A stretch of DNA of 64,000 nt from Octopus sinensis. Lineage: Eukaryota. The position numbers and the translations under genes are program-made. This document shows, one piece after another, positions 28,707-43,046 of the stretch. The stretch lies in assembly GCF_006345805.1 (NCBI RefSeq), contig NC_043015.1, positions 5,890,001-5,954,000 of the forward strand, written 5' to 3'. The first letter of the stretch is position 1. Every line of letters starts with the position of its first letter. Below the pieces are notes generated by a model. It was not told where the DNA came from. It ran no database searches and was given only the letters and a program-made list of their open reading frames with translations.

Positions 28707-28936
28707 GGCGGCGAGCTGGTAGAAACGTTAGCACGCCGGGCGAGATTCGTAGCCGTATTTCGTCTGTCGTTACGTTCCGAGTTCAAATTCCGCCGAGGTC
28801 GACTTTGCCTTTCATCCTTTCGGGGTCGATAAATTAAGTACCAGTTACGCACTGGGGTCGATGTAGTCGACTTAATCCCTTTGTCTGTCCTTGTTTGTCC
28901 CCTCTGTGTTTAGCCCCTTGTGGGTAGTAAAGAAAT
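28707..28936 (+). mobile_element. tRNA-derived SINE, family C (MetaSINE-type central domain), young copy
   Basis: Head ggcggcgagctggtagaaacgttagc...gagttcaaattcc (A/B boxes), central gtcgactttgcctttcatcctttcggggtcgataaattaagtaccag and tail ccccttgtgggtagtaaagaaat. Many homologues occur in the window. Confidence 0.9.
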
Positions 28937-28939
28937 ATA

Positions 28940-28978
<39 letters not shown>

Positions 28979-29025
28979 CACAATGTATATATTGTTTGTA
29001 TATATATATATGTGCATATGTATGT

Positions 29026-29070
<45 letters not shown>

Positions 29071-29629
29071 GCATAGCATTTTATACAGTCCCCTTATTGA
29101 TGGGATTATCAGAAAAGCCACTCGATCCCATAAGGAATAAGTATCAGATCTTAAGTACTGGATTTATAGCATATATATATATATACATATATATTCAGAA
29201 GTATAGATTTATATGTGAGCTACTTCAAGTTTCATGCTCAGATAATGCGATATTAGGACTGGATGTTTTAGCATAGTATGTCCCATCACACAGTTATTCA
29301 AACGATGCAAAATACCGAAACATAGCTACTCTTTGAAGAAACGCGTTAAAAACTCCTACAGAATAAAGCAAGAAGAAATGTAAAACAGAAAAAGAGAGAT
29401 TAAAGTTATATCCCTTGACCCAGGTGGGTGAACAGTATCGTTAATGTTGTACGTTTAAATGTACTCTAAGAATAGTTTATGTGGCATTCGAGTGGCAGAA
29501 AGCTAATGTGCGTTAAACCCTAAGTCATATTATAAAGGACTGTAATTCTTATTAGATCGAAAAACTGTACCGATCTGTACCACACGGGCGCGCGCACACA
29601 CACATGTATATATGTATACATATGTATGC

Positions 29630-29688
<59 letters not shown>

Positions 29689-29904
29689 CTCTAAGAAACT
29701 TAATTTATATATATATAAGTGTCTTAGAGGGTACGTAAGATGTAAATAGTTATTAGTTTTTAACTCTCTTTTCTTCTCTTCAATTAACTGAACATGTATT
29801 ATATACATACATACATGCATATATACATACATACATACATGCATATATACATACATACATACACACACATATATATATATATGTATATATATATGTATAT
29901 ATTT

Positions 29905-30130
29905 GTGTTTGCGTTTGTGTGTCTGTCTTTGTCCCCCACTATCCCTTGACAACCAGTGTTGGTGTGTTTCCGTCCATGTTAATTAGCTGTTCCCAAAAAG
30001 AGACCGATAGAATAAGTACCTTAATATTAAAAAAAAAATTAAATAAAAAAAAAGGTACTGGGGTCGATTCATAGACTAAATTTTTCCAAGTCGGAGCCCC
30101 AGCATGGCCGTAGTCTAATCAGTGAAAAAA
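29905..30130 (+). mobile_element. 3' half of SINE family A
   Basis: ttgacaaccagtgttggtgtgttt...gaccgatagaataagtac...ggggtcgattc...ccccagcatggccgtagtc is homologous to 7190-7380. Confidence 0.7.
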
Positions 30131-31244
30131 AAAACCCAGAAGAATAAAGAGAAATTGAATATACATGTGCCATAAGAAATTCATCACCTCAAATTGGAAA
30201 TATGCGTGTATCCTGGTAGAAATCAGCAGAGGATGCCGCTAACAACAAATGAATAATCGCATATTTAATGATATTTTAGAGTATGCGTTCCACGTGAAGT
30301 TTGAACCGACCATAAAAGCAATAAACGAGCATAGATATTTGAATTTAGGTTTTGCACATTCTTCCTACAAAGACTACTATTTCAAATGCGTCGTTTTGGA
30401 AATAATGTAAGGTAGTTATATACAATACATATAACATGAATGTAACTACCTTGGTGTAGATGATAACACTTAGATCTAATCAGAACATCGCTTTTGTCGA
30501 GGGAGTCAACATTGCAGCAGCTATATATAAAACTTTAATGACTATGTAGGTATTTTGGAGAAGTGAGAATTTCAAATTTTCCTATGTGATGAGAAGAGAA
30601 AAGTAATTCTAATCTCTTAAGAAATGTAAAGCTCTGAAATGCCCCGCTCTAACATAACCTAAAATTTTTTTAACGCTGTTTAGTTCTTTTATGGAAAGTT
30701 AAGATTCAAAGCCCATTAATTTACATACATATTTTGCAGTGAGTTGGATTTTTTCCTTTCCTTCAACATAAATTTTGCAACTGCTAAGATACTGTGATTC
30801 CCTCAATACAGCAAGGTATCATTGCACTTTATATGAATACATTGATGAAATTTATATAGTTTCAAAGGGCGGGTTGTGAGTACTTTGCAGATTGTCTCCT
30901 TGTGACATGTATTAGGATGACATGTAACGTGGGAAGCAATGTTAACTAAACAAATTAAGTGGCATTTACGTTATTTGTGCTAAAAAAAAAAAAAAATTAG
31001 CTCTTGAAAATCGAGGCTTCGGATGAGAAATAATTATAGTTAAAACATATATAATTATTTTCAGATGCATCTTAGGTGTTGAATTGTTAGTTTACGAATA
31101 ATTTTGTGTCCAGAGAGACACGTTATTTATATACATCTATACAAATATATCGCTTTCTCAACTTCCCTGTGTCTTTCAATCTATCTATCAATCTATCTAT
31201 ACGCACAACTATGCGTATATACCATATATATTTATGTATCTACC

Positions 31245-31404
31245 GCGTGTGTACCGTTGGCGATTTTTTCCCTCCATCTTCCCTTCTCTGGATCTTTCCT
31301 TTTCCTATGTTTCCGACGAAGAGCTCCACTCGAAACCTAAAACCCTCCTTCTTTCCTGAGCGTCCAATAATGTGTTTTCTCTTTGTGTTTTCATGTTTGG
31401 ATTA

Positions 31405-31410
<6 letters not shown>
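31245..31410 (+). mobile_element. Penelope-like terminal-repeat remnant with a decayed hammerhead motif (same family as 50487-50690)
   Basis: cgtgtgtaccgttggcgatttttt...ctggatctttcc...gtttccgacgaagagctccactcgaaacc...gagcgtccaataat...tttggattaac, followed by (TA)n. Confidence 0.65.
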
Positions 31411-31435
<25 letters not shown>

Positions 31436-33452
31436 CTGTGTGTGAGTGTGTGCGCGCGAGTTGTGTGTGCATGTATATATCTCACTTTAATTATAACATG
31501 ATATAATTTACCACGTCTATTGTAAATCTAGTTCTTAATATTTTCATCATTTAAAGTAATGCAAATTATCAATGTTTAATTTGTTTGTCAATTAGGCCTC
31601 ATATAACAATTCTATCTCTCTGCGTACGATTTCTTTACCTCCGTGAAATGAGAATATTCTTTTTCTTTTCATCAGGCAACGATTTATGAATTTCTTCGAA
31701 TGTTCCACTCAGATATTTACCATAAGTATCCACAGAAACAAAGTCAGCTTTATATGTGAGATACTTATGATCCTAAACTGCATTGCACACCGAAAATATC
31801 GCACTGACTTAATGTATAATCATAAAACAGTATCAGTATATAAATGTAGATTACAGTAAAACAAAAAAGGAAATATTTTATTATGATACGCCAAAATATG
31901 TGATTGCATTTCTACCTGGAGTTGTTTGTTATCAAGTAAACTTCTTGTTAACAAAACATAAACAAACATTTAATATATGTAAACAAACAATTCTTATATA
32001 TGTAGATTCGATATAAATAGATATTGATGCAGGAAGATTGCAATTACTGTTTGTCAGGTTGGCGAAACAGCTGTATTTATTACGATCTAGTATATAAATA
32101 GAGCAGTAAAAATAAAAACGTGATATTTTTCCATACTCCTGGGTATTATCGTTAATTATAACAACAAGAAACAACATTATTTACGCTAATGACTTATAAT
32201 TACATTAGGTAAGCCACTGACACTAGACTGAAAAATATTCTATATTTTCATACTGAAAATAAGATAGCGTGTAGCATTGGCGAATTTGCTACTGTTTTCA
32301 TCCTGTCCTTGATTACCAGTTCAGCTGTTTAGCGAGCACTTATTTTTTCACTGCCTTGATTATCTCATCTATTTGCCTATGTGGTAAGCTATACTATACA
32401 ATGTCTATTTCTTTGATATGGTAATGAATGATTTGAAGGAGATTTGGATGCTTTTCCTAGTAACTAAATCAAACATAATACCGTCTGTGTTTGAACAGGT
32501 TGTTGGTGTCGTAAATATTAATATCTAAATGGTATTATTGCTAAATTCCTATCCCATTTACTGAAAGGATCCTCTAGGCGTCTGTTGTTTAAGACAGCTG
32601 ATTCATTCTCAGAGAAATATCATGTACGTATTCAGACATTTGAATAAATTTGCTATTGTTCTACAGTAAATACAGGAAGGCTTGTAGCCGAGAAAATCGC
32701 ATATATTATCGCAAAATCTTTAGACGCGATGACAGTGCAAAAGAATCTGTTCCATGTATGCAATATTTATGTAGAAATCAGTTAGTGACACTAGAATGGC
32801 TGTGTAGTGAAGATGCTGTCTCTATAGCCATGAGGCTTATATCTGTTACCATTCTGGGCAAGTGTTTCTGTTTATGTCTACAAGTTGTAAAACCTGGTTC
32901 AATAAAATTTGGCAGCCAAAGGTGTGTGGGAGCCAATCGAAGAAATTTATCTTGATCATGAGTGGCACTCGTAATCGATCGTGCAGTTCAAACTACCACG
33001 TAACTATTGAGCGCCTCAGCGAAGTGTAATGAATTCGCTCAGATGTCAGGTTTGAGAATAAATTTCACTATCCTTTACATGAGCCGGCAGAACTCGTAAA
33101 AGTTTTGTAAGCACTGCACTTCTCACTCTTTAGTCGTTAAAAGAAGGAATAATCCAAAGGGGAACAAAAGTCAAAAATATTTATTGTGATATGAGAACTT
33201 ATATTGAAATAAAGCTCAAAATTTTGCGTGACGCTATTATACAACATTTTTAACAACATAGAAATAATAAAGAACACTTAACATCGGCATAATTCGAACT
33301 TAATCTCTAAAGTGTAGCAACTAAATAATTAAGAACAAATGTCACAATGAATTGTCGATCCTGAAAATCGGTTTAGTTAAAGTATAAAATAATATTAAGT
33401 TCCGTAGACTATACTGTAACCTTTTTTTAAAACAATATTTAAAATAAGCAAA

Positions 33453-33692
33453 GGTGGCAATCTGGCAGAATCGTTAGCACGCCGCGCAAAAAGCTTAGCA
33501 ACATTTTGTTCGTCTTCACGTTCTGATTTCAAATCCCGCCGAGGTTGACTTTGCCTTTCATTCTTTCTGGGGTCGCTTTGTCTTTAGTTCTATCTGCGTC
33601 TATAAATTTAGTACCAGTTGAACACTAGGGTCGATGAAACCGACTTACTCTCTCTCCTCCGTACTTGCCGGCCTTGTGTCAAGTTTTGAAAC
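33453..33692 (+). mobile_element. SINE family C, diverged copy
   Basis: ggtggcaatctggcagaatcgttagcacgccg...ttcaaatcccgccgaggttgactttgcctttcat...agtaccagtt. Confidence 0.8.
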
Positions 33693-33880
33693 CTATATTA
33701 AGTATAAACTGGTAGTCATAGAAAATACCATCCATATCTAAATTTCAGATTCAGAATTCATTTGGCAAATATTGGGGATCGTATCTCGTGGCTTCACTTT
33801 CAAAATTATGTTTCAAATAATAATGTACTACAGAAACTCACAATCAATAAATCAATCAATATATATATATATATTATATA

Positions 33881-33934
<54 letters not shown>

Positions 33935-34269
33935 ATCTATCTATCTGTCTATCTGTCTGTCTCTCTGTCTGTCTCTCTGTGCACGGTGTATTTATAGCCT
34001 ATATTTATTCCATAAACTGATGGGTTTTAATCTACTCTAGTTGCCTCACTTTCGAAAATTCCTGTTTTACAAAAATTCTTGAAAGAAATGCCTCTAGATA
34101 TCATTTAAATATTCCAAAAATATATTTTGGTAAATGCCTTTATCACTCACTTTGATTAGCAGTTCTCTAACTACAGAATGTAGTCCTTTCAGAGCTAAAC
34201 CGTTGCTATTATAATTCCTGAGGCAATAGGTTGAGATAAAATTATCTCGTAGGTCTGTTAATCTCCTAA

Positions 34270-34348
<79 letters not shown>

Positions 34349-34458
34349 ATATATATATATATATATATACATAGACACATATATATATATATTCTTACAA
34401 AGAGACATATATATATACATATATATATATATAAGTATATACATATATAGTATATATG

Positions 34459-34500
<42 letters not shown>

Positions 34501-37500
34501 ATATATATAATATATATGCATATATATGTATATACATACATATATGTGTGTATACGTTCTTATATGTAAGTATTCGTATGTTGTATATATATATATATTT
34601 GCATTTATGTGCTGCGTATATTCCACTGAGGAGGCAACTTGTGCAAAGTCAGAAATCCGGGATCTTGAATTATCCATTAATATTTTTGACAGTTTATTTT
34701 GTCTTTTAGTCTTCTCTCCTGGTGCTCTATGAACTTTTAATGTGGTCTTAGAGTCAAATTTTTGCTGCTATTTCAAGTGTCGTGGTATCACTTAGATACC
34801 CTAAATTATAATTTTAAATAATTATTACCTTTGAAGGTTTTTATTCCCATGCTTGCCACTTGATAAGTTCGATATTTAAATAATGATCTTATTCTTATTT
34901 ATATAAATTTATATATATAAATCCCAAATATGTATAAACTTCGCATTGATGAATTTAATCTTTCACAAACTATTGAATGTGTGTGTGTGCACATGTGTAC
35001 CTGTATGTGCGTATTATGGATATGCATACTAGAGATATGTGCCTACGTGCACGTGTTTGATACAAGTATTTGATGATCAAATATATATATTTTCCTGATG
35101 CCCGAGATCAATTCAATTTTACGCTGGATCCTCTTTTATATGTTCAAATTTTCAGCATCGTGTGGAGGTTCAAACGTATTACACTTTATTTAATATATAC
35201 CCTATGAATAATATAAGTCTTTTGTAAATTTACGACTAGACATGTAAATGTTATAACTTACATATTTTGGAGTTTAAATGCAATATATAGCCATCAGATA
35301 ATTCTAAACATTCGCAAATATTTTATCTTTTCTGTAATTTCGTAATTGAATAATTCTCTTTTTCATTGATCTATATCCAAAACAAATTATACCGATTCCT
35401 GTAGAAATGAAAGGAATGAATTTCCATTTCTTTAATGATTTTTAAATAAAGTGTCTTCAAGCATAAACAGAACAAGATCATCTCTTTTACATTCCGATCT
35501 CTCAGGCAGCGAAACTTTCAGACGACAATTTCATATAAAAATAAAAGGCAGAAATTTTAAATTTATATTGTAGAGTTTGAAACTTTCATTTATTTTTCTT
35601 GGTATCTGTCATGAAGGAAGTACAACAAAACTGAATAGATTTAAAACAATATCTAAAAATATTTTGTTATTTATTATTTTTCAAAGTGGGACTATAATCA
35701 ATCTGCTACAATACTTCAAAGTATGTTTGCAGTTTAATTGCTAAAAACAGCAATTTTGTTTGACAAAATGACTATTGTACATAAACACTAATAGAATTTA
35801 TGTATGTTTGTATTTGATTTATAACTGAAATTCGGACAAAACGTTTGATAATTATACCACTCCTGCCATATAAACTAGAATAATATAAAATACTAATCTG
35901 CCAATGTCACCCGCTGACATTTTAACGATTTATCTTCAAAATCAGAAAGAAACATGGATACCAAACGGAGAATGTTTCATGTATACGAATTACGTTGATG
36001 CTGGTTCTAAACAGAACTAAAGTTCTGTTAACTCTGAATCCGCAACTACTTTGTAACAAGTTTTAATACGAAATAGTAAGCATAGCGGTTAAAAACTGAA
36101 GTAAAATGTAAATATAAACAGAAAAGCAATATCTGTAGTTTAGCAAGGAAACCAGTTGCCTATTGCTGAAGAAGTTCGCTTCGCAATCTCAAGGGCATTT
36201 GAAAGTATCATTGTTCGTAGCTACGACTCTATCTAATCCTTTTGAATGTTGTTTTATCGTTCGACGCTTACTCAGTGAATGTGCACGACCTCGAGATTAT
36301 TTAGTGATATTACATTGATGAAACTGATTGTCGAGTTACGTCCCCGAAATGAAGGAAATTACAGTAGACCTTTGGATGAATTTGAACTATGGTCGTCGAT
36401 GGCTGTAACAAAATAATGCTACAAGGAATTTGGTTTCTAAAACTAGTGATTCACCCAATTCATTTACTTCGTGTAGCTAAAATATTAAAAGCTGACATTG
36501 TTAAGTATGTTTCAATAAAGTGAGAGACATTTTCCTAGACATAAAGACACCCACTAGTAGTACGACTTTAATGATATCTAATTCCTCATATATTTTTCCA
36601 TTTTGGACGTATATGTAAGTTTAGGTGCACAATATTAAACTTGCAGATACAAGATATTTACATAAAACTTACGTAATTTGTGCATTTTGCCAAGTAAGTA
36701 AAAGTGATAGTCACGGTTGAAATTACATTAATTACACGTCTGCTGGAACAGAATGTATTGAGACAAATAAACAACAAGAAATACTTAAATTCATTGTTGA
36801 AGCAAGTTTTCGTTATTATTCTCGACATATTTAGTCCAAAACAGATACATATTCTTATGGTATAAATCCAATTATTTCTATACAAACTTCATGCCACCCG
36901 AAATCATTCAAATCCATTATAATCTACACATATATGTAAAAATAGTTTTTATAATTGCTGTATCCTAAGCGATACTTGTTTATCTATTGCAACACATTTA
37001 ATCTTAGTTTAACTGGAATCTAGGAGAATGAATTGTTAGAATTAAGAATCTATTGATTAAGATAATCTATTGAAAATTGTGTCTCAAATAATCGCAGTCA
37101 AAAATAAGAAAACAAAATTCTATGTCCACTAGAATAGAGGAAATAATATAATATAAGGTGTAATTACTAGAATGGACACTTTCTTATAAGGCTGTGAGGG
37201 TCTCTTGAAATCAATCCACCTCCTTTGCAAAATTTGCTGAAAGAGGTACCAGAGCATTCCAAATTTATCTTCTTCACCATCCCTTTGATAAATTTATGAT
37301 GATTTTTCAGTTATTTCAACACGATGCACTTATATAAATGAAGCATAAAATCAACCGGACATACCATAAATCTTTGTGGAGCTACTTCAAAAAAAAAATT
37401 CATCTACGATTGATAGCGCAAATGCTTTGATTAGCAATAACATACATCGTATCAATCTAGCCATAAAAACAGCCTTGTTCCACAAACTCTGTACACATGA

Positions 37501-38007
37501 ACAACAAACATCCATAATTCTTGAACTCGTTTAGAATGTTTTACAAGTTCCCATCATGAACTCAAAGAAATAATAAATGTAATATAACCGAAACATAATC
37601 AAGCCCTAAAATTACTTGACAGTTATAATTTTCTGGCGATCTAAAACGCTCCGCTAAAAATAAAATTATTGTATTCACATAACGAACGGTACCTTTGCTA
37701 TATAAATTATTTCTAAAATTGATCAAATATTGAATTGCTAAAGATTCATTTGACACTTCAGACATCTGGTCTATAGACTCACTGTTTATTCTTCCACCAT
37801 TTTCATTATGTACTACCACAGGTTTTCCCCTGACCACTAACTAGTAGCCTAACACAAACACGATACTAATACACACATCTCTTTCTCTAGTAATTCCTAC
37901 AATTAACCTAAAGCATCCAGAATATCACACTTCCCATATCATTACCTATTCATTAATTTACCTGCTTACACATATTTAGTTTATCAGCCGATATTAGGGG
38001 ATGCAAA

Positions 38008-38203
38008 GACGGTGAGATGACAGAATCGTTAGCCCGCCTGGAAAAATGCTTAGCGGTATGTCATCAGTGTTTATTTTCTTAGTTTAAATTACGCTGTGTT
38101 CGACTTTATCATTCATCCTTTCAATTGATCACTGGGATCGATCTAATCGACTTACCCCTTCCCCCGAAAATAAATTGCTGGCATTGTGTCACAATTTGAA
38201 ACC
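38008..38203 (+). mobile_element. SINE family C, old copy
   Basis: gacggtgagatgacagaatcgttagc...aaatgcttagcgg...cgacttt..ttcatcctttc...aatcgacttacccc. Confidence 0.7.
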
Positions 38204-39083
38204 AATTGTAGAGTATTCGATAAAAGTTATAAAGTCGTGCGCTCTGAATTACCATATTTTACTAAATGATACGATAAGAGCTAAACATGATGAAATACAT
38301 TGCATTTTATGTAAACGAGATCCTATCAGAATTACTCTACTAGATAAAGCCTAAATATTTTGAATGAGGTCAACTACGTACGACACTATCTTCATGGGAA
38401 AAACTATACGGTAACATCTATAATGTAGCAATCATTAATTAAAGACTACTCGTGCATTAACGATGAGGAAAAATTTGATCAATGCTACAATTTGATCAGG
38501 AAAAAATTAATATGACGAGTAACACATGCACAGTTGTCTACATAAATAAAATAGTATGCATTAAAAATATAATTATATACGTGTGTGTATGTGTGAGTTT
38601 GTGGTCTTTATTGATATAAATAGAAGCGGTTCCTTTAATTATGCGGGCTAGAATTTTGTAGCAAATTGAAATTATATTCATTCTTTCCGCGTTTTTTTTT
38701 TAATGTCAGTCTTTAACAATTTTAATTTTTTAAATTATATTTAGCAGAACTAAAAACAGCATTCCTACATTTCCTATTACTTGTAAAGGGAAAGTAGAGA
38801 ACAAAGAAAACTCTGAAAGAATGTTTGACATAACGGCGATATCGATTAGATCTTAACAACCTCTTTCAATGATATAATTTTGGTTTCAAATATACATATA
38901 TAAACATATACATACATATATGTGTGTGTGTGTGTGGTGTACGTGTGTGTTGGTGTAGCTGTATGTCTTTGTGTATTTATTCAAGTGTATGCATTTATGT
39001 ATGTGAGTGTTTATATGCACGTGTGTGTGAATCTGTGAGCGTTTATGCATATATATCTGTGAGTGTGTGTGTATATATATAAA

Positions 39084-39133
<50 letters not shown>

Positions 39134-39210
39134 CATACATACGTGCATATACATATATACACTCATGCCTACATACATACATACGTACATACAGACACAT
39201 ATATATATAT

Positions 39211-39266
<56 letters not shown>

Positions 39267-40106
39267 GTTTGCAGAGAAAAAACAGATCTTGTTAACTAAT
39301 TACTACTTCATTTTCATCTTATTGATTGAAAATATATGTACATTTTTTTCTCTTTTTAAGTGTGTATATTTTGTCAATTAGTGTAATAAAAATTAATTTT
39401 CCTAGATCTATCCTTATTTCTTTTCTAAATTAGTTTCCATTCAAGTCAACTAATGCAATTTTATTTCGTCTAACATCATTAACTTAGAAGCAGTGTTTAT
39501 TGAATAGATCCCATTTTAGTTTCACAGGATGATATTTCCAGGTTTTCGATCAATGTAGCTACTTACTCTCATATGATAGTGATTTTAACTGAAATATAAT
39601 CTTATTTCTCTCACAGTGTCATCATTGCATTCTCTATAACTGAGCGTGTTCTATATATTTACCTCTCCAATATATCTACACAATTTCCAACTCCTAAATT
39701 ACACTAATAATGTTTATATCAACCTGAAGTAATGATAGAATACAATCTATGAAACTGTTATGCAATGCTTTCGCACTTAAGGTTTTCGTAATTGTGAACG
39801 TAACATCTTTAACTATCAGTGTAGTTGCTCTTGTCACTTTTTGTTACATAGTTACTCTTGCTGTACTGTAGTCTAGTATCGGCTTTGATCTAGGAAACCC
39901 ACAAAAGCATGTCTGTGATAAGCATTCGGTCATTTTGTCCGTCATATTTTAAGTTTGAGTTAGTCAATCATAATCTAAAGTCGACTCTATTATCTATTTT
40001 TTTCTATATTAGGTGAGCAATTTCTTTGACAAATGACTTGAATTATCCAGAGCACAAGACTCTAACACGGCTTATTGATCGGATTGCCATTATTATGTTT
40101 TTCTAG

Positions 40107-40610
40107 GGCGGCGAGATGGCAGAAACTTTAGAACGACGGGCGAAATGCGTAGCCGTATTTCATCTGCCGTTACATTCTGAGTTCAAATTCCGCCGAGTTC
40201 GACTTTGCCTTTCATCATTTCGGGGTCGATAAATTAAGTACCAGTTACCAACTGGGTTCGATATAATCCACTCAACCCGTGTGTCTGTCCTTGTTCGTCC
40301 TTTCTGTGTTTAGCCCCTTGTGAGTAGTAAAGAAATGGGTATTTTGATCTGAGTTCAAATTCCGCCGAGGTCAACTTTGCTTTTCATCCTTTCGGGGTCG
40401 ATAAATTAATTACCAGTAAAGAAATAAGAATCATTAGCACGTCGGGCAGAAAACTTAGTGGCATGTGATCCATCCGTACGTTCTGAGTTCACATTTTTAC
40501 CTTTTATCCTTCCGGGGTTGAAAAATAAGTAGCAGTTGTGCACTAATGTCGACGGAATCGACTTACAATTGCCCTTACAATTGCCGGTCTTATACCAAAA
40601 TTTGAAACCA
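40107..40610 (+). mobile_element. Compound SINE family C locus (full copy, repeated body, adjacent older copy)
   Basis: Full copy at 40107-40336, repeated ctgagttcaaattccgccgaggtc...ttaccag body at 40348-40425, older copy at 40428-40610. Confidence 0.8.
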
Positions 40611-41163
40611 TTACTACGTGGTTATTGCTGTTTAAACCTTGGGCAATCCAGTGGAGCTGGCCCATTCAAAGTATTCTTGCCATAAGATTGTATCCTCTCT
40701 AAGTGAATATCTAAACAGGAATTATACAATGTCTTCTTTCCCTTCCCAAGATCAAGAAATTTGACTGATTTTTGTAGTTGGTCGAGCAACTAATAAAGCT
40801 ACTGTGGAAGTGAATTGTAGCAAAATTAATTTTTTTCCGAACGTACTCGTAAGAGCTTTTGATTATGTTAATATGTTATTTCGAATTTAATATCTTCTCT
40901 GCCTTTTGGAATTAATATATGAAGTTAGATTGAATGAGATTGCATCGGAGTGTTCTTAACTTCTATTTAGCATTGTACGATTTCTATTAGAATATAAACA
41001 GCAATACCAATTTCTCATGGCTATATATAATCGCTTCTCAAAGTATTAAACACACACTTCGTCAGTGAATCTTGGAATTAAATTTCTAATAACTTTGTTT
41101 ACAAAAGCTTTAAATACATATCTCTGAAAATTGAACTTTAATGATTTTAAAGACACACACACA

Positions 41164-41194
<31 letters not shown>

Positions 41195-41429
41195 ATATAT
41201 ATATAAATCTTTGCTATTTTGTTAAACTGCCGTATGTCCAAATTTGGCCGAATGCGTTTTGTTCAATATTTATTTTTCCTTGCTATAGCCGGTGCTTTTG
41301 GTCAAAGTATCGTATCTCCAGCTGATTCAGATGCCAAGATATCAAACATTGACAAAGTGTAGTACAACGGTTATGCTATGGAATGGTAAAGCAGCGCTTT
41401 GGAACTATACACACTTTGCATAATAGCAA

Positions 41430-41473
<44 letters not shown>

Positions 41474-41477
41474 TTCG

Positions 41478-41890
41478 CAGTATTTCGTCTGTGTTCACGT
41501 TCTGAGTTGAAATTCCACTGAGGTCGCCTTTGCCTGCCATCCTTTCGGTGTCGATAAATTATGTACCAGTTGCGTACCGGTATAGATATAATCAACTGCC
41601 CCCACCTCCCCCAAAATTTCAGGCCTTGTGTCTAGAGTAGAATACAATATTTTATGTATAATAGATCTAACGTTATAGAGTAGATCTTCGATTTTGATCC
41701 GGAGTTTATCGAGTCAATTACATTAAGAAAATTACAAATGTTATGTTAACGTTCTGAGCTCCAATTGTGCCGATGCCGACTTTAACTTTCATCCTTTCGG
41801 AATTGATAACATCACTAGTATTGAACAGTAGTGTCTATGTAATCGATTTATTCCCTCCCCTTAATTCCTGGTTTTGAGACAAAACTTGAT
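41478..41890 (+). mobile_element. Two 5'-truncated SINE family C fragments (41478-41645 and 41750-41890)
   Basis: gtatttcgtctgtgttcacgttctgagttgaaattcc...gtcgataaattatgtaccag and acgttctgagctccaatt...ctttcatcctttcgg. Confidence 0.7.
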
Positions 41891-42958
41891 ATCAGTATTA
41901 TAACTGTTGTGTGCATCATAAACTGTCTTTAATTTCATTCTCAATGTAAACATTTATAACTATAGAAAATAGAAGATTGGTTTTGTAGTGAGCATTCTTT
42001 TTTACGCATAGAGGAGAAATAGCTGTAAATGTTATTTCATTAGTGTATTTCTTATAAAGATAGTTGTCCCACACCGTCGTTCAGTACCAGTTTCAGGCAA
42101 GCAAGTTCCATTCAGATGCCATTGATGTACCCATAGCTAGAGTAAAAAACACTTTACCCTGGTAATTCGCAGTACAATTGAACCTGGAATTTCATGAAAC
42201 CACGCTCCTGTTCCATTATATTATGAATTGCATTTTCATGGGGAAGTTTATATCAAGGCACCACAAAGTTTTAATAAAATGTAATTTTCTTTTTCCTAAT
42301 GTAGATAGCATTTACGTTTATATAAATCAACTTTTTATGGAAACACTCGCATCTTGTTTACTATACAACATAAATTTAATTCATCATATGTTATAGTCAC
42401 CATTTCCAAATAAACTAATGCTAGGTTTTCCCATCTTGAAAATTGAATTTTCTCTCAATAAAACTTTGGTTGTATATTAAAGCAACTGTTTAATTTATAT
42501 TTTTTTTCCTTGGATTGTACGTTTAGAGTTTATTATCTAGTGTTATTTTATTTCTATTTTTCGGATATTAGAGAACCTCACAAAAATAAATAGCATTCCT
42601 GCAAAGGCTAGGTTAAGCATCCTTCTTTCTTCTCTTATTTTGTTCTTGTTTTAAACTTGTTTAAATGTTTATAATTAATATCCTAACTATTCAAATAACA
42701 GCGACTACATGGCACATTAGATGAGAAATGAATCATAGAACTGTAATTTGGCACCAATGTGCGCTCAGGCAAATTTCTAGCAATCTAGCTTCCAGCCTCA
42801 CAACCGTGTTCCTTTGATTCAATTTCTCTTTAGCACGTTGCTATACATACGATTATGTTATTCACGCATTTTATTCATTTCCTTCAGGCCATGTTTAACA
42901 ATATTGCAATTATTACTACTATTAGTTTTACACTTAAATTGTTAGTCTTAGTTCTTGG

Positions 42959-42960
<2 letters not shown>

Positions 42961-43016
<56 letters not shown>

Positions 43017-43046
43017 CATCACCACTATTACTACAACTACTACTTC
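42961..43046. repeat. (TTA)n trinucleotide microsatellite
   Basis: Directly visible. Confidence 0.95.

Noticed and set aside
37562-37837. Minus-strand ORF starting VRGKPVVVHNENGG, superficially like neuroligin KPVMVYIHGG
   Set aside because: There is no HGGS, no downstream NYRLG motif and no convincing splice sites; this is a chance resemblance.
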